DNA from: Candidatus Heimdallarchaeum endolithica
GTDB lineage: Archaea > Asgardarchaeota > Heimdallarchaeia > Heimdallarchaeales > Heimdallarchaeaceae
DNA: 64,000 nucleotides
Direction: 5' to 3'
Assembly (NCBI GenBank): GCA_021513715.1
Contig: CP084167.1
Location: 1,056,001-1,120,000 of the forward strand
Part shown: positions 31,101 through 41,777 of the stretch, one piece after another
How positions within the stretch are numbered: the stretch's first letter is position 1
Layout of the letters: each line of letters starts with the position of its first letter
Notes under the pieces: model-generated
Told to the model about the DNA's origin: nothing
The model's input: the letters and a program-made list of their open reading frames with translations, nothing else
The model's database searches: none
Made by a program: the position numbers and the translations under genes

Positions 31101-34100
31101 GCTATCCTATTACTATTTATATCCAAGATACGCAAAATCATGAAAATTATTATTACTACACAATGACTATAAATAATTACCCAAATATTAACTTAAGCCC
31201 TACTACAACAATAAACGGTAGTCATGTAGCTGGTTTAATGGATATAAACGGTACAATTGACACGCAAAGATCATTAAAAAACACAACAATATACATAGAT
31301 AATATAGTTCAAGCGACATATACTGGAACATCTTTTAGTTTTGAGTGGAACACACTTTTGTTTGAAGATAATAAGCATATCATTACAATAAAATCCTATG
31401 ATTCAGAAGGCTATAATAATCAAACAACACTTGTATATGTTGTTGATAACTTACCTTCTATATGGATTACTAGTCCAGCAAACAATAGCATGATAACAAA
31501 TACTGAAAAGATAAATATTACAGTAGATTCATTTCCAATTTTAGATTCCATAAAAGTATATCTCAATTCTACCTTAATTGAAACAATTTCATCAAATAGT
31601 AGTGGAATTACATACTTTTCTGTTTCATTAGATTCAACTCTATTTGCAGATGGTTATTATATTTTAAAAGTTGAGGCAATTACTCAAATCACTACTACAA
31701 ATAGCACAAAAATACAAATTAATATCGACAACTTTCCTAATATAAATATTATTTCACCAGTAGAAAATGAAGAAGTTTATGACTTGTATCCAATAAACGT
31801 TCAAATTTCAGGCCCTCCCATCAAAAATAGTACTATAGCAATTGATGGTAAAATTGTAAGCATATTTTATCAAACAACAGGTTATATTTATTATTGGAAC
31901 ACTTCATTATACGCCGATGGTTATCACGAAATAATAGTTACTACGATTTCAGAATTTGATTTTATTAGCAGTGAAAATGTAAATGTATTTTCAAATAATG
32001 TTCCTAATCTAATTCTTTCTTCTTCATTTCCAGAAGAGGAACAAGTCTATGCGGGAACGATTGAACTTGAATGTGATGCATATTCTACCACTAGTATTAC
32101 TAATTTTAGCTTGTACATTGATAATATACTAGTTAATTCGACAAATACTAATAGATTAACTTATTCTTGGAATACTTTATCTTATTCTAACGAATATCAC
32201 ACTATTTATTACCATATAGTTAACTCAAAAAGTTTTAGTAACCAAACTTCAAAAAGAATACGCATTGCCAATAATCCCCAATTCCACACTTACTCACCCT
32301 CAAACAATACAATGGTTTATGGTACTATTTTCCTAAATACCACAATAACTTGTGGTAATGCTTATTCTTACTCACAAATTTATATTGATACAAATTTACT
32401 TACTACAACTTCAAATAGTTCTATTTATTATCCTATTAACACATGGAACTATGATGATGGTTTCCATAAGATAAAAATTATTGCATATGATTCACTAGAC
32501 AACTCCAATTCTACTTTATTCCAGCTTACTTTTTCAAATGTGGCTAATATCACAACTAGTCTTACTGATGAAGAAATAATTTATAATGATTATTTACTCA
32601 ACATTTCGATTGATAGTAATCCAGAGATATCATCATTAAAGGTTTACCTAAATGAAACAGTCATCTATTCTGGAACTTCAAAATCAATTTCATTACCCAT
32701 TGATACATTTTCATGGTCTGAGGGCAAATATAATTTTACTGTACTTGTTTTAAATGAATTTGGACAAAATTTCACAGATAAAAGATGGATATACATTAAG
32801 AATTATCCTGAACTGCAATCTATTAATATTGTGTCAAACCAGAAATTTAATGAGAATTATACTATTACTTTTGACGTATTTTCTGCACAAGGAATACAAG
32901 TGTCTGAACTTTATATCAATGGTTCATTAAAATATTCAAATTCAGGAACTTCTAATTCCTTTATTTGGCAAACGAGAAATTATGAGGATGGGATATATAA
33001 TATTACGATTTGCATCAAAGATATAGAAAATGATCAAACAATATATCAGTATATAGTAAAAGTAATTAATCACCCCCACATTATTTTCAATCAAAAACTT
33101 CCCCTAAACAATTCTATTGTTACAGAAACAATCGTTTTTGATATTTCAATCGATGCATATCCCTATATTGATCAAGCTGCTATTTATATAAATGGAACAA
33201 TAAGAACTCTAACTAATTCAGACCAATTTATATATAAATGGAATACAAAATTAGTTCAAGATAATTTATATAATGTAACAATATTTGTTGAAGATGCCAG
33301 CGGAGATAGAAAAATTTTAACTTACTTTTACACTGTAGATAACATTCCACAATTAGATTGTGAAGTTCCTCCAGAAGGATTATTGCTCGAACCTGTTTAT
33401 CTAAATGTAACCGGGAGTGGAGGAAATAATATTTCCAAAATTGAAGTTTATGAAAATGATATTTTAGTTGGCGTTGCATATTCCAACGAATATAGCTACC
33501 TATTTAATACCCTAGTCAAAAATGATGGCTTTTACACAATTTTGTTCAAGATCATTGATGAAATGGGGAATACTAACTCTTCTGCTTTTTCTTACTTAGT
33601 TGATAATTTAGCTTCTATCAACATTTCACCTGATATTACAACAGAAATTTTTGGAAATCTTACTTTATCAATAACAATCGAGTCACAGAGAGAATTTAAT
33701 TCAGAGATTTATATTAATGGAACAGTCATTTATAGTAATAATTCTTCAAGTTATGAATATCTATGGGAAACTTTTGATTATGAGGATGGTTTATATAATA
33801 TTACAGTTTTAGTAATTGACATTAAATCATTTAAAAATTCTACAACACAATTCTACAGAGTCAATAACAATCCGGATATACAATTTATTAATATTACAAA
33901 TAACGCTGTAGTATTTGACACAATTACAATCGAAGTAAATACCTCATCGTACTATAGTATTACCTCAAATAAACTATTAATAAACAGTAGTGAAGTATTT
34001 CAAACAAATAATAGCAACTTCGAATATGACTTAAACACTCTTGATTATGAAGAGGGTGTTATTATAGTACAAGTTATTTCAACGAACAACCAATCTAGAG

Positions 34101-37100
34101 TTTCTTCCTCAGAAATAACATTAATAATTGATAACTTTCCTAAGATTACACTCACACCATCAAATAATAGTATAGTTTATGCAGATACAATTATCACAAG
34201 TGAAATATCCTCTTATGTTTCAATAATAAACCAATCATTATATATTGATGGTAATTTAATTACCACTTCTACGACCACAATTTTATCATATAACTGGAAT
34301 ACTACTTTATATGCTGACGGGTTGAATAATATAACTATTGTCGCTTTCAATTCAAATGAAAGAAAAACAACATTAACTTACTTTTATTCAGTAAACAATG
34401 TACCAGATTTAACAGTTAATGTAATAACCACTCCAGCCAACAATTCTATTATTTTTGATACAATAACACTAGCTTTTGAAATTACAACCTTTAATGAATT
34501 AGATAATGTTCAGATAATAATTAACGATACAGTTGTTCTATATCAAGCATCAACAACAATTCAATATAACTGGAATACAATAGACTATCTCGACGGTACC
34601 TATAATGTTACTTTTTATGTAATAAACACTTTTGGTTTTTGGAATAAAACAACATTGGTATATCAAGTTTTCAATATTCCTGAAGTAACATATACAATCA
34701 ATGACAATAATGGTTTCTTAGTAAACGACATTAACATGCAGGTCAATAGTTCTGTAGGCCCGGGAATAAATAATATAAAAATAAAGATAAATGGGAGTTT
34801 ATTATATCAGAACTTTTCAGATAGCATAAACTTTACTTATGACAGCCATAACTTTAAAGATGGAAATTACTTAATTACAATAGACGTAGAATCCAACTCG
34901 CAAATAACAACCTCTGTATTTAATTACTACACTATTAAGAATTTACCAGAAGGATCATTTGTTACACCAACCCCAGCTAATCATTCAACAGTATTTGGAA
35001 CTATAAATACAATTAATGTTACTTCTAGTTCGCTAACAGGAATAGATAATATTACACTTCTAATTAATTCAATTCAAAGAAATATATCTTTTAGTGATAA
35101 TTTAGAATATAACTGGGATACAACTTTAGAAAGTGATGGGTTATATAACATTACTGTGGTAATTACTGACCAAGAGGGAGATAATTTTGTTCTACATATT
35201 GAAATAGAAATAAAAAATAATCCGTTTACAGCATTAACTAATCTTTATAATATGAGTGTTGTTTTCCATGATGTAAAGTTAGAAATTAGAGGAGAATCAC
35301 TTTCATCATTAAAAAAACATCAGCTGTACATTAACGGTTCACTTGTAAATTCAACAACAAGTTTAAATCTTTCTTACTTATGGAATACAGAAATTTATTC
35401 TGATAATTGCTATAATATAACTATACTGATAGAAAATATTTATGGCTTCCAAAACTCCGTTACATATTATTTGTTTGTTAGAAATGTTCCACAAATAACT
35501 CTACATTCACCTCTCAACTATCAAACGATAACTGGTGAAAATAACATTACAATAACTATTTCTATGCCCTCAGGAAGTAATTTTACTCAACTTTTTTTGA
35601 ATGGTACATTAATATTACAAACTTCGTCAACAGAGATTAACTACTTGTGGGATACCTTACTATATAATGATGGAATTTACAATTTAACAGTCTACTCTGA
35701 AACTATCTACAATTTCAACTCTACAAAACAATATATTTTTACTGTTGACAATATTCCACAGTTGACTATTATAACACCTAGTGAAGGTTCTATTCTTTAT
35801 GGTTCAGTTATCGTAACTGCTGAAGCTACAGGTGGGAACAATATTTCTAAAATAGAATTATATGTTGATGAAGAATTATATGTTTCAGAAAATTCATCCA
35901 GTTTCAATCAAACCATCTCTAGTTGGATTTTTGACGACGGAATGTATCTACTTACATTTCGCGTAATAGATGTCGAAGGAAACTATAATGACTCTGCTAA
36001 AATTTCAGTAACCATCAATAATATTCCAAATATTGATTTTGTATATCCTACACCTCCTGAAAAATCTATAATTTATGGTTATATAGAAATAAACATCTCA
36101 GTAACAGATATTAACAATCCTATCCATAATACAACATTGTTAATTAATGATCAAATAAAAGCTGTTGTTAATGATTCAATATTGTATTACCTTTTCAATA
36201 GTTCAATCTACAATGATGGAGTATGTACAATTAAAGCAATTGTCTATAACAATTATGGCTACATAAATTATACAACACATATATTACAAATAGATAATAT
36301 TCCAAATATTCAAATCGAAGGAATATCGAATAATGAAGAAATTATTGACATAAAGACCATCACAATACAAACAACTAGTGGTTCAAATATTACTAATACC
36401 TCAATCTATATTAATTCTATTCTTCAAGCTTCGAATAATAACAACAATCTTGTTTTTGATTTTAATACACTATTATATTCAGACGGCAATTATTCAATCA
36501 CTGTAACTACAGAAAATGAAGATGGATTTTACAATTCTACAACTTTATTTGTAATCATAAATAATATACCAAATTATAGTTATTCAGGACCTCAATATAA
36601 TGAAAAGATAACAAATTCCAAAGAACTTTATATTTCAGGATATTCTCCTAGAGGAGTAGACTTTATTCTACTGGAGCTAGTATCACAAGAAAACCATTTT
36701 ATTCTAGCCAATTATTCTAGTGATACATTAAGTTATACTCTTAATACTTTACTTTATCCAGATGATAACTATAATCTAACTTTAACTGTAAAAGATAATG
36801 GTGGCTTTTTAAACTCTACAGCAATTCCAATAATTATTGATAATATTCCTCAAATTCATTTAGATCAAGGAATGTTAAATCTCAATAATTCAATAGTCAT
36901 TGATGTTATATCACTAAATTGCACTGCAACAGGTGGAAATGATATTTCTCACATAAAGCTTCAAATCGATGATGAAATATATTTAATATCAAACAATAGC
37001 ACTCTCTCTTACCTTTGGGATACTATTTTAGAAACTGATGGTAATTATAAAATTGAATTAACTGTCACAGATACTTACTCTAACGAAAATAAAACAATAC

Positions 37101-40100
37101 TATATTTAACTATAGATAACTATCCAGACCTATATATTGACTCGAAGCCATCAGAATCATCTCTTATAGGGAATAACAGTTTTATTTATCATGCTACAAC
37201 TCAAAGAACAATAGCATTTATGGAAGTTTGGATCGATAGTCAACTTGTTAAAAATATTTCAGCAAGCTCTGACACTTTTATTTGGGAAACAGAATTATAT
37301 CAAGACAATATTTATTCAATTTACTTTAAAGTGTATGATAGTGCAGGATTTACAAATTACTCAAATATATATATTTATAAAATAACAAATATTCCTGATA
37401 TTAATTTCAGCCATTTTGAAGATCTTTCTAAAGATAGATTAATCGATACAATAAATGCAACAGTAACTATTTCTGAAGGATGGACAATTCAGGAGATTAG
37501 AATATTTATCGACAACGTGTTAAAGGTTTATAGTCAACCAGGAGAGAGAAATCTCATATACTATTGGAATACATTAAATTATTCAGATGGAATCCATGAA
37601 TTTAATGTTACAGTGATTGATGAACAAGATCATTATAATTCCACAGTATTATCTTGTAATATTGATAATTATCCACAAATAGATGACTATTCACCAGAAT
37701 ATGTTTATGTACGAAATTCAGTTGTTTTAACAGCTTCAGGCAGTGGAGGAAGAACTATCGATAATATTACATTACTAATTAACAATTCAATTGTACACGT
37801 CACTAATTCTCCTATATTTTCTTACGTTTGGGAAACAAATGATAGTTATTATTCGAATGGAGTATATGAAATAAAATATCTGATATATGACGTTGAAGGA
37901 TATATGAATACTACAATTATCTATTATATAGTAGATAACGAAGAGCCTATAATAACTATAACCAATTTATGTGATTATCAAGGAGTTACCTCAACATTTG
38001 AATTAATGATTAGATCTCAAGATGAAATTGGAACAAAAACAATGTATTATGAAATATACTTTGGCTTAGAATTATTGCTTCGAGAAGAGTTCATCGGTAA
38101 TGAAACTGTAATTTCTGAATGGACAATAACGGTAAAACTGGAAAACGCAAGCTTAGAAGACGAAATACTTTGGTTACAGGTTACTGTTATTGATTTAAGT
38201 GGTAATCAAAATTCAACCTGTATTTATTTAGTTTATAACGATATTCCAGATATTCAAATTTATAACGTCAATGAAGATGATGTTTTATTTAGTAGCTCTT
38301 ATTATATAAAATTAGGAATTTTTTCTGGAATTTCATCAGCAAACGTTGAAGTCCAATTATACGACATAAATACAGATAATTATACAAAAATAGTAACTTT
38401 TGTAATCGATGATGCTAATGGTCCCCTATATGCAAATGAGAGTTTTAATTTGGATACAAGAGTTTTTGATGATGGCCTTTATTATTTAAGGATTGTCGTT
38501 TTTCCAAGTGGAAATTCAGCTATTGGAATAAAAAGAATAGCAGTGGAAATTGATAATCACCCAAACATCTTAGTAGATAAGAAAGAGAACTCTGAACTCG
38601 CAGGAAACAGCGAATTTAATATCATTATTTCAACAAAAAATCCAGCTAATATCTTTGTTGTAGACTACTTTAAGATTTACATTAACGAAAAGTCATCTGA
38701 CAATTTATTATATAAAGAAGTGAGAAATGATGTATCAAAATCTTATTTTGAGTTTTATTTCTTATTTAATACAACTGCATATAACGATGGAGTTATTACT
38801 TTGATTTTTGAATTCTATGATGCAATTAATGAATATTATAACTTAACGACATTCTCCTGTTATATTCATAATAATCCTGAAATCATTCTACCAAATATTT
38901 TAGAAAATCAACTAATAGGCTTCAATTATTCAATTTACATAGATACCAACTATTATGGAGACTTCCAAAGTGGATCAATTTATATTAATGATAATTTAGT
39001 TAGCTCATTTGATACTTCAAGTTTTATTTGGCTATGGCAAACAGAAAACTATAAAGATGGAAATTATACACTAAAAATTACGGTTTCAACATTAATAAAC
39101 AATACATATTATTTCATCACAGAAAAAGAAGTAAATGTAATAATTCAAAATTATCCATCTTGGACTTTTAGTTCAACTCCACTAAATGGTTCGATAATTT
39201 TTAACACAATAGAGCTTAAATTTACTTTCATTAATGGAACACCAATTAATAATTTTTATATCTATGTTGATAATTTTCCAGCGCTAATTATTAATATGAG
39301 TGCTTATAAGGGTTCAGCAACTATAGAATTTAATACAAAGACTATTAATGATGGATGGCATACTCTTTTACTTTTATTGGAGACTTCCTACAATTACATA
39401 ATAAATAAGACTTTAACTGTGCTTTTTGATAATAAACCAAATATTTACTACGTTAGTGATAATATTAAAGAGAATGGTTTTTACAATAATGAGATCGATA
39501 TATCTTTCAAGGCCAACAGTACAACTAGCGTTTTCAGATTAGGAATAGATGTTGTTGATGATATTACAAATATATCAATTTCAGATTTTCCAATTGAGAT
39601 AAATAATAATGAAACATTCTCAACAATAATTAATACCACCAAGTACACTACAGGAAATTATCAAATACTAATATATGCTATAGATAACGAATATGATATG
39701 ATAATCATTAAGTATAAAGTTACTTTCGATAATGACATCCCTGAAATTTACTCAAATAATGGTCTGTCTTTGTATTCAAATGTTTCTGAAAAAATAGTAT
39801 TTACTTCTAGAACAGCATACATTAGCTTTACAACAGAAGATTTTTCGCCAATAGAAACTATTACAATTTATGCAAATAAAGAACAACAAATTGTTCACAA
39901 AGATTTCAATGACCCAAGAACAGTTAACTTTGGATATTATCATTATATTACTATGGATGGAGAGACTAAAATAATAAAGGTGATTATCACCGATAAAGCG
40001 GGGAATATACGAGAAGCAGAATACAAAATACAGTTTATGCTTAAGCCATTTATAAATGAAGTAAGCTTTGGTGTTGACGTAAATACAACTATAACTAATG

Positions 40101-40513
40101 TTGTTTTCAACATAAACATCTCTATACATGATGATAGAGGACTTTCATCAGTTTATGTTTTATTAATTGGAGAAGAAAGAAATTATACAATAACCACAGA
40201 ATTTGAAAACTTACCCCTAAACAAAACAGACATCAAAGAAACCATATTGTTTTCAGATACGATTATTAGAAAACTGAATAATAAAAAGTTAAAAGATGGA
40301 AACTATACCTTTGTAATAGAAGTTGTTGACATTGATGGCTACCGCACATCTTATAAGCAACCTCTTTCTATAGAACGTATAAACAGAAAATCGTTTATAA
40401 CCATAATGCTATGGATAGGTTTATCAACACTAGCTATTGGTTTGGCAGGATTTGTAATGTACAAAAAGAACTTCCCTGCAGCCCTATGGGATCGTATTAG
40501 ATATGAGTGGTGA
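28136..40513 (+). CDS. Giant (4125 aa) membrane-anchored surface protein with about 45 tandem Ig-like repeats
   Basis: N-terminal hydrophobic signal; repeating ~85-90 aa unit with WNT..Y.DG.YNITI...D..G......VDN.P; many N-x-S/T sequons; C-terminal TM FITIMLWIGLSTLAIGLAGFVMY followed by KK. Confidence 0.93.
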   Translation: MVNIKREKIFSYLIILLFLLNPFSTVLIKDIENKDTKNNEITDIKPEHINSNIKNISNNPKSENKKTKIKNDYNKSSKIEEKNTKKLSVELKKYSNGSYVSGTIELYFTCSGVPKAQSMTLLINNQFKMWVLGSIGIYIWNTKTIDDGKYYLKLIVHTENKDYAFFWYIYVSNNITEEKVSNENVTTTKSDIKSAFLFIPPISSNTMQYISSNIDITIKNPANDSTVGGDVTIDANASSSVGTISEMRIYIDEELKKSVFDIDSITYLWSSYSNPDGNYNITIYAKDSDGGESTKTIFVQTNNHPDISFISPSNNETIIKGIYLIQGEAVCEDTISWFALRVDSLTVYNSSSSSISYNLDTVSYFDGRHTLELICKTIHSIETNLKYIVIIDNTKPVLFTDYPTNNTDIYGTITLTTSAFDVHFSKIQIIINGTTVYSNGNGSFTWKTINYEDAYYNVTTIASDTVGNSQKEYYLYKIDNVPNFHVKPEKIVIEGSQNFNITINCANELKFISLYFNGLLYYQTTSYNFSYLLDSLDFLDGNLTVLVKAIDTENVEYYYYTWVIVDNDPEITIDNDINNTYVHGILSLNCFSSSNHVTNISAILDNTEIAFNDSNYLSISIDTKTLATTNHNLTIVINGLYGQNSTYINFYVNNNPTIDSFIPLTGTKVFNEVSIEASITFENNPGIIIFYINGTVVYSISGSSSATYTWNTESYTDGTYNISVYCKDEFGFSNFTSNLIYLENTPEISFLDCTPANSTEIHATVFVAGYVTSIFDIDYVQLWFNNSLINSTNSKNFNFSINTLNYKDGQKNLTIIVKTLNSTTNYVYMQYYINNVPEIFLDSFNDGSKVGGNFLLKLHVESFFSDLILSLYINNELREQISNYQITYNWNTEELSDGNANITIYAECTGGNNISIAIVEIDNIPDIEIISPVSFNEKFIDNVLFDFIGSGYFNISNVSLFFDNNLIHSVTDTQYFTYNLDTTKYADNSYPITIYIQDTQNHENYYYYTMTINNYPNINLSPTTTINGSHVAGLMDINGTIDTQRSLKNTTIYIDNIVQATYTGTSFSFEWNTLLFEDNKHIITIKSYDSEGYNNQTTLVYVVDNLPSIWITSPANNSMITNTEKINITVDSFPILDSIKVYLNSTLIETISSNSSGITYFSVSLDSTLFADGYYILKVEAITQITTTNSTKIQINIDNFPNINIISPVENEEVYDLYPINVQISGPPIKNSTIAIDGKIVSIFYQTTGYIYYWNTSLYADGYHEIIVTTISEFDFISSENVNVFSNNVPNLILSSSFPEEEQVYAGTIELECDAYSTTSITNFSLYIDNILVNSTNTNRLTYSWNTLSYSNEYHTIYYHIVNSKSFSNQTSKRIRIANNPQFHTYSPSNNTMVYGTIFLNTTITCGNAYSYSQIYIDTNLLTTTSNSSIYYPINTWNYDDGFHKIKIIAYDSLDNSNSTLFQLTFSNVANITTSLTDEEIIYNDYLLNISIDSNPEISSLKVYLNETVIYSGTSKSISLPIDTFSWSEGKYNFTVLVLNEFGQNFTDKRWIYIKNYPELQSINIVSNQKFNENYTITFDVFSAQGIQVSELYINGSLKYSNSGTSNSFIWQTRNYEDGIYNITICIKDIENDQTIYQYIVKVINHPHIIFNQKLPLNNSIVTETIVFDISIDAYPYIDQAAIYINGTIRTLTNSDQFIYKWNTKLVQDNLYNVTIFVEDASGDRKILTYFYTVDNIPQLDCEVPPEGLLLEPVYLNVTGSGGNNISKIEVYENDILVGVAYSNEYSYLFNTLVKNDGFYTILFKIIDEMGNTNSSAFSYLVDNLASINISPDITTEIFGNLTLSITIESQREFNSEIYINGTVIYSNNSSSYEYLWETFDYEDGLYNITVLVIDIKSFKNSTTQFYRVNNNPDIQFINITNNAVVFDTITIEVNTSSYYSITSNKLLINSSEVFQTNNSNFEYDLNTLDYEEGVIIVQVISTNNQSRVSSSEITLIIDNFPKITLTPSNNSIVYADTIITSEISSYVSIINQSLYIDGNLITTSTTTILSYNWNTTLYADGLNNITIVAFNSNERKTTLTYFYSVNNVPDLTVNVITTPANNSIIFDTITLAFEITTFNELDNVQIIINDTVVLYQASTTIQYNWNTIDYLDGTYNVTFYVINTFGFWNKTTLVYQVFNIPEVTYTINDNNGFLVNDINMQVNSSVGPGINNIKIKINGSLLYQNFSDSINFTYDSHNFKDGNYLITIDVESNSQITTSVFNYYTIKNLPEGSFVTPTPANHSTVFGTINTINVTSSSLTGIDNITLLINSIQRNISFSDNLEYNWDTTLESDGLYNITVVITDQEGDNFVLHIEIEIKNNPFTALTNLYNMSVVFHDVKLEIRGESLSSLKKHQLYINGSLVNSTTSLNLSYLWNTEIYSDNCYNITILIENIYGFQNSVTYYLFVRNVPQITLHSPLNYQTITGENNITITISMPSGSNFTQLFLNGTLILQTSSTEINYLWDTLLYNDGIYNLTVYSETIYNFNSTKQYIFTVDNIPQLTIITPSEGSILYGSVIVTAEATGGNNISKIELYVDEELYVSENSSSFNQTISSWIFDDGMYLLTFRVIDVEGNYNDSAKISVTINNIPNIDFVYPTPPEKSIIYGYIEINISVTDINNPIHNTTLLINDQIKAVVNDSILYYLFNSSIYNDGVCTIKAIVYNNYGYINYTTHILQIDNIPNIQIEGISNNEEIIDIKTITIQTTSGSNITNTSIYINSILQASNNNNNLVFDFNTLLYSDGNYSITVTTENEDGFYNSTTLFVIINNIPNYSYSGPQYNEKITNSKELYISGYSPRGVDFILLELVSQENHFILANYSSDTLSYTLNTLLYPDDNYNLTLTVKDNGGFLNSTAIPIIIDNIPQIHLDQGMLNLNNSIVIDVISLNCTATGGNDISHIKLQIDDEIYLISNNSTLSYLWDTILETDGNYKIELTVTDTYSNENKTILYLTIDNYPDLYIDSKPSESSLIGNNSFIYHATTQRTIAFMEVWIDSQLVKNISASSDTFIWETELYQDNIYSIYFKVYDSAGFTNYSNIYIYKITNIPDINFSHFEDLSKDRLIDTINATVTISEGWTIQEIRIFIDNVLKVYSQPGERNLIYYWNTLNYSDGIHEFNVTVIDEQDHYNSTVLSCNIDNYPQIDDYSPEYVYVRNSVVLTASGSGGRTIDNITLLINNSIVHVTNSPIFSYVWETNDSYYSNGVYEIKYLIYDVEGYMNTTIIYYIVDNEEPIITITNLCDYQGVTSTFELMIRSQDEIGTKTMYYEIYFGLELLLREEFIGNETVISEWTITVKLENASLEDEILWLQVTVIDLSGNQNSTCIYLVYNDIPDIQIYNVNEDDVLFSSSYYIKLGIFSGISSANVEVQLYDINTDNYTKIVTFVIDDANGPLYANESFNLDTRVFDDGLYYLRIVVFPSGNSAIGIKRIAVEIDNHPNILVDKKENSELAGNSEFNIIISTKNPANIFVVDYFKIYINEKSSDNLLYKEVRNDVSKSYFEFYFLFNTTAYNDGVITLIFEFYDAINEYYNLTTFSCYIHNNPEIILPNILENQLIGFNYSIYIDTNYYGDFQSGSIYINDNLVSSFDTSSFIWLWQTENYKDGNYTLKITVSTLINNTYYFITEKEVNVIIQNYPSWTFSSTPLNGSIIFNTIELKFTFINGTPINNFYIYVDNFPALIINMSAYKGSATIEFNTKTINDGWHTLLLLLETSYNYIINKTLTVLFDNKPNIYYVSDNIKENGFYNNEIDISFKANSTTSVFRLGIDVVDDITNISISDFPIEINNNETFSTIINTTKYTTGNYQILIYAIDNEYDMIIIKYKVTFDNDIPEIYSNNGLSLYSNVSEKIVFTSRTAYISFTTEDFSPIETITIYANKEQQIVHKDFNDPRTVNFGYYHYITMDGETKIIKVIITDKAGNIREAEYKIQFMLKPFINEVSFGVDVNTTITNVVFNINISIHDDRGLSSVYVLLIGEERNYTITTEFENLPLNKTDIKETILFSDTIIRKLNNKKLKDGNYTFVIEVVDIDGYRTSYKQPLSIERINRKSFITIMLWIGLSTLAIGLAGFVMYKKNFPAALWDRIRYEW

Positions 40514-41481
40514 TGATGAGTATCACAAATAGATTTATTCAAAAGAACACAATGTTTAACTTAAAAAGATTATTTTATATAATCTTAACTTTAGTTTATT
40601 TAATAGTTTATTTAGGTGTAGAGTTCGTTGCTCTATTTAAAAAATATGATTATACACATATTAAGCACGCAGTTATTTATATACTGTCATTTCTAAAATA
40701 CGTTGATACGTTTTTATACATTATCTTGTTAATCAGTCAAATACCTTTTGTTCTATTAGTGTTAAATGCTTTAGTTTTACTTTTTCTAAGCTATATCATA
40801 CCGTTAATCCCTGTTGAAAAAAGAATAAAGCAAATTCTTGGAGGTTATATGTTAAAAATTAAACATGAAAAATCTTTGATTTTTCAAATGTCTATTTTTA
40901 GCGGTTTATTTTCTTGTTTTTTTAACATTTTCTTTATTTTATTACGACAATACAACATTTTACTTTTATCAGCGACCTATGGAAATAGACTGTTTCTAAT
41001 TTTAACTCTTTTCTATATTCCACAATTCATCACGTCAATCTTAATGTTACATTTCTATTCTTCGAGCTTTTTAGATAACTTCTTGCTAAGTATAAAACGA
41101 GATATGAATTATGTAGCATATACACTAATAAATATGAAGACTGATACACAACAAAGAGAATTATTTATTCCAGTAAAACAAATTGAAGATTATATCAAAA
41201 TGGACAATCGTAATTTAAAAAAGGAACAAGAAATCATTCAAAGGATAGAGAATTGTTTTCTTGACATATTTTCTGGATCTGGTTTCACTGATTATATTTC
41301 TAAGTCAAGAGAGAGAGGAGAGACAGATTTGCCTGACATCGGAGTAACATTTGAAAAAGAAACAATAAATAATAATGAATATTTTGTGTTAAAAATAGGA
41401 ATCAGTGAAGAAAGAGTTGAGTTAATAAAAAGAATACAGGCTGAAATAATAAAATATGTATTAATAACAAAGATATACTAA
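40507..41481 (+). CDS. Membrane protein (about 4-5 TM) with soluble C-terminal domain, coupled to the giant gene
   Basis: Start overlaps the giant gene's stop; hydrophobic N-terminal half, charged C-terminal half. Confidence 0.75.
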   Translation: MVMMSITNRFIQKNTMFNLKRLFYIILTLVYLIVYLGVEFVALFKKYDYTHIKHAVIYILSFLKYVDTFLYIILLISQIPFVLLVLNALVLLFLSYIIPLIPVEKRIKQILGGYMLKIKHEKSLIFQMSIFSGLFSCFFNIFFILLRQYNILLLSATYGNRLFLILTLFYIPQFITSILMLHFYSSSFLDNFLLSIKRDMNYVAYTLINMKTDTQQRELFIPVKQIEDYIKMDNRNLKKEQEIIQRIENCFLDIFSGSGFTDYISKSRERGETDLPDIGVTFEKETINNNEYFVLKIGISEERVELIKRIQAEIIKYVLITKIY

Positions 41482-41777
41482 CTCTTATTCTTAATAATTC
41501 AAATTTATTTTTTTTAATTTTTTATGTAATACTAAACAATTAACACATTATAGTCTTGCTTTCTCTACATTTGTTATCATATTATTACTTACTCACAACA
41601 AAATTAGAAAATCTTGTTTTACTTTTTTGTACAAGTTAGTAAAAGAGAATAAATGAAGCAAAGAGAATTGAATTTAGGTTTAAATAGAGAAAAAGAGATA
41701 GAATAAGTGATAGAGAAAATTGAACAATTCTTGTTTCATTTGGAGTTAAAAAAGAGAGGGATAACTAATTTAGTTTC

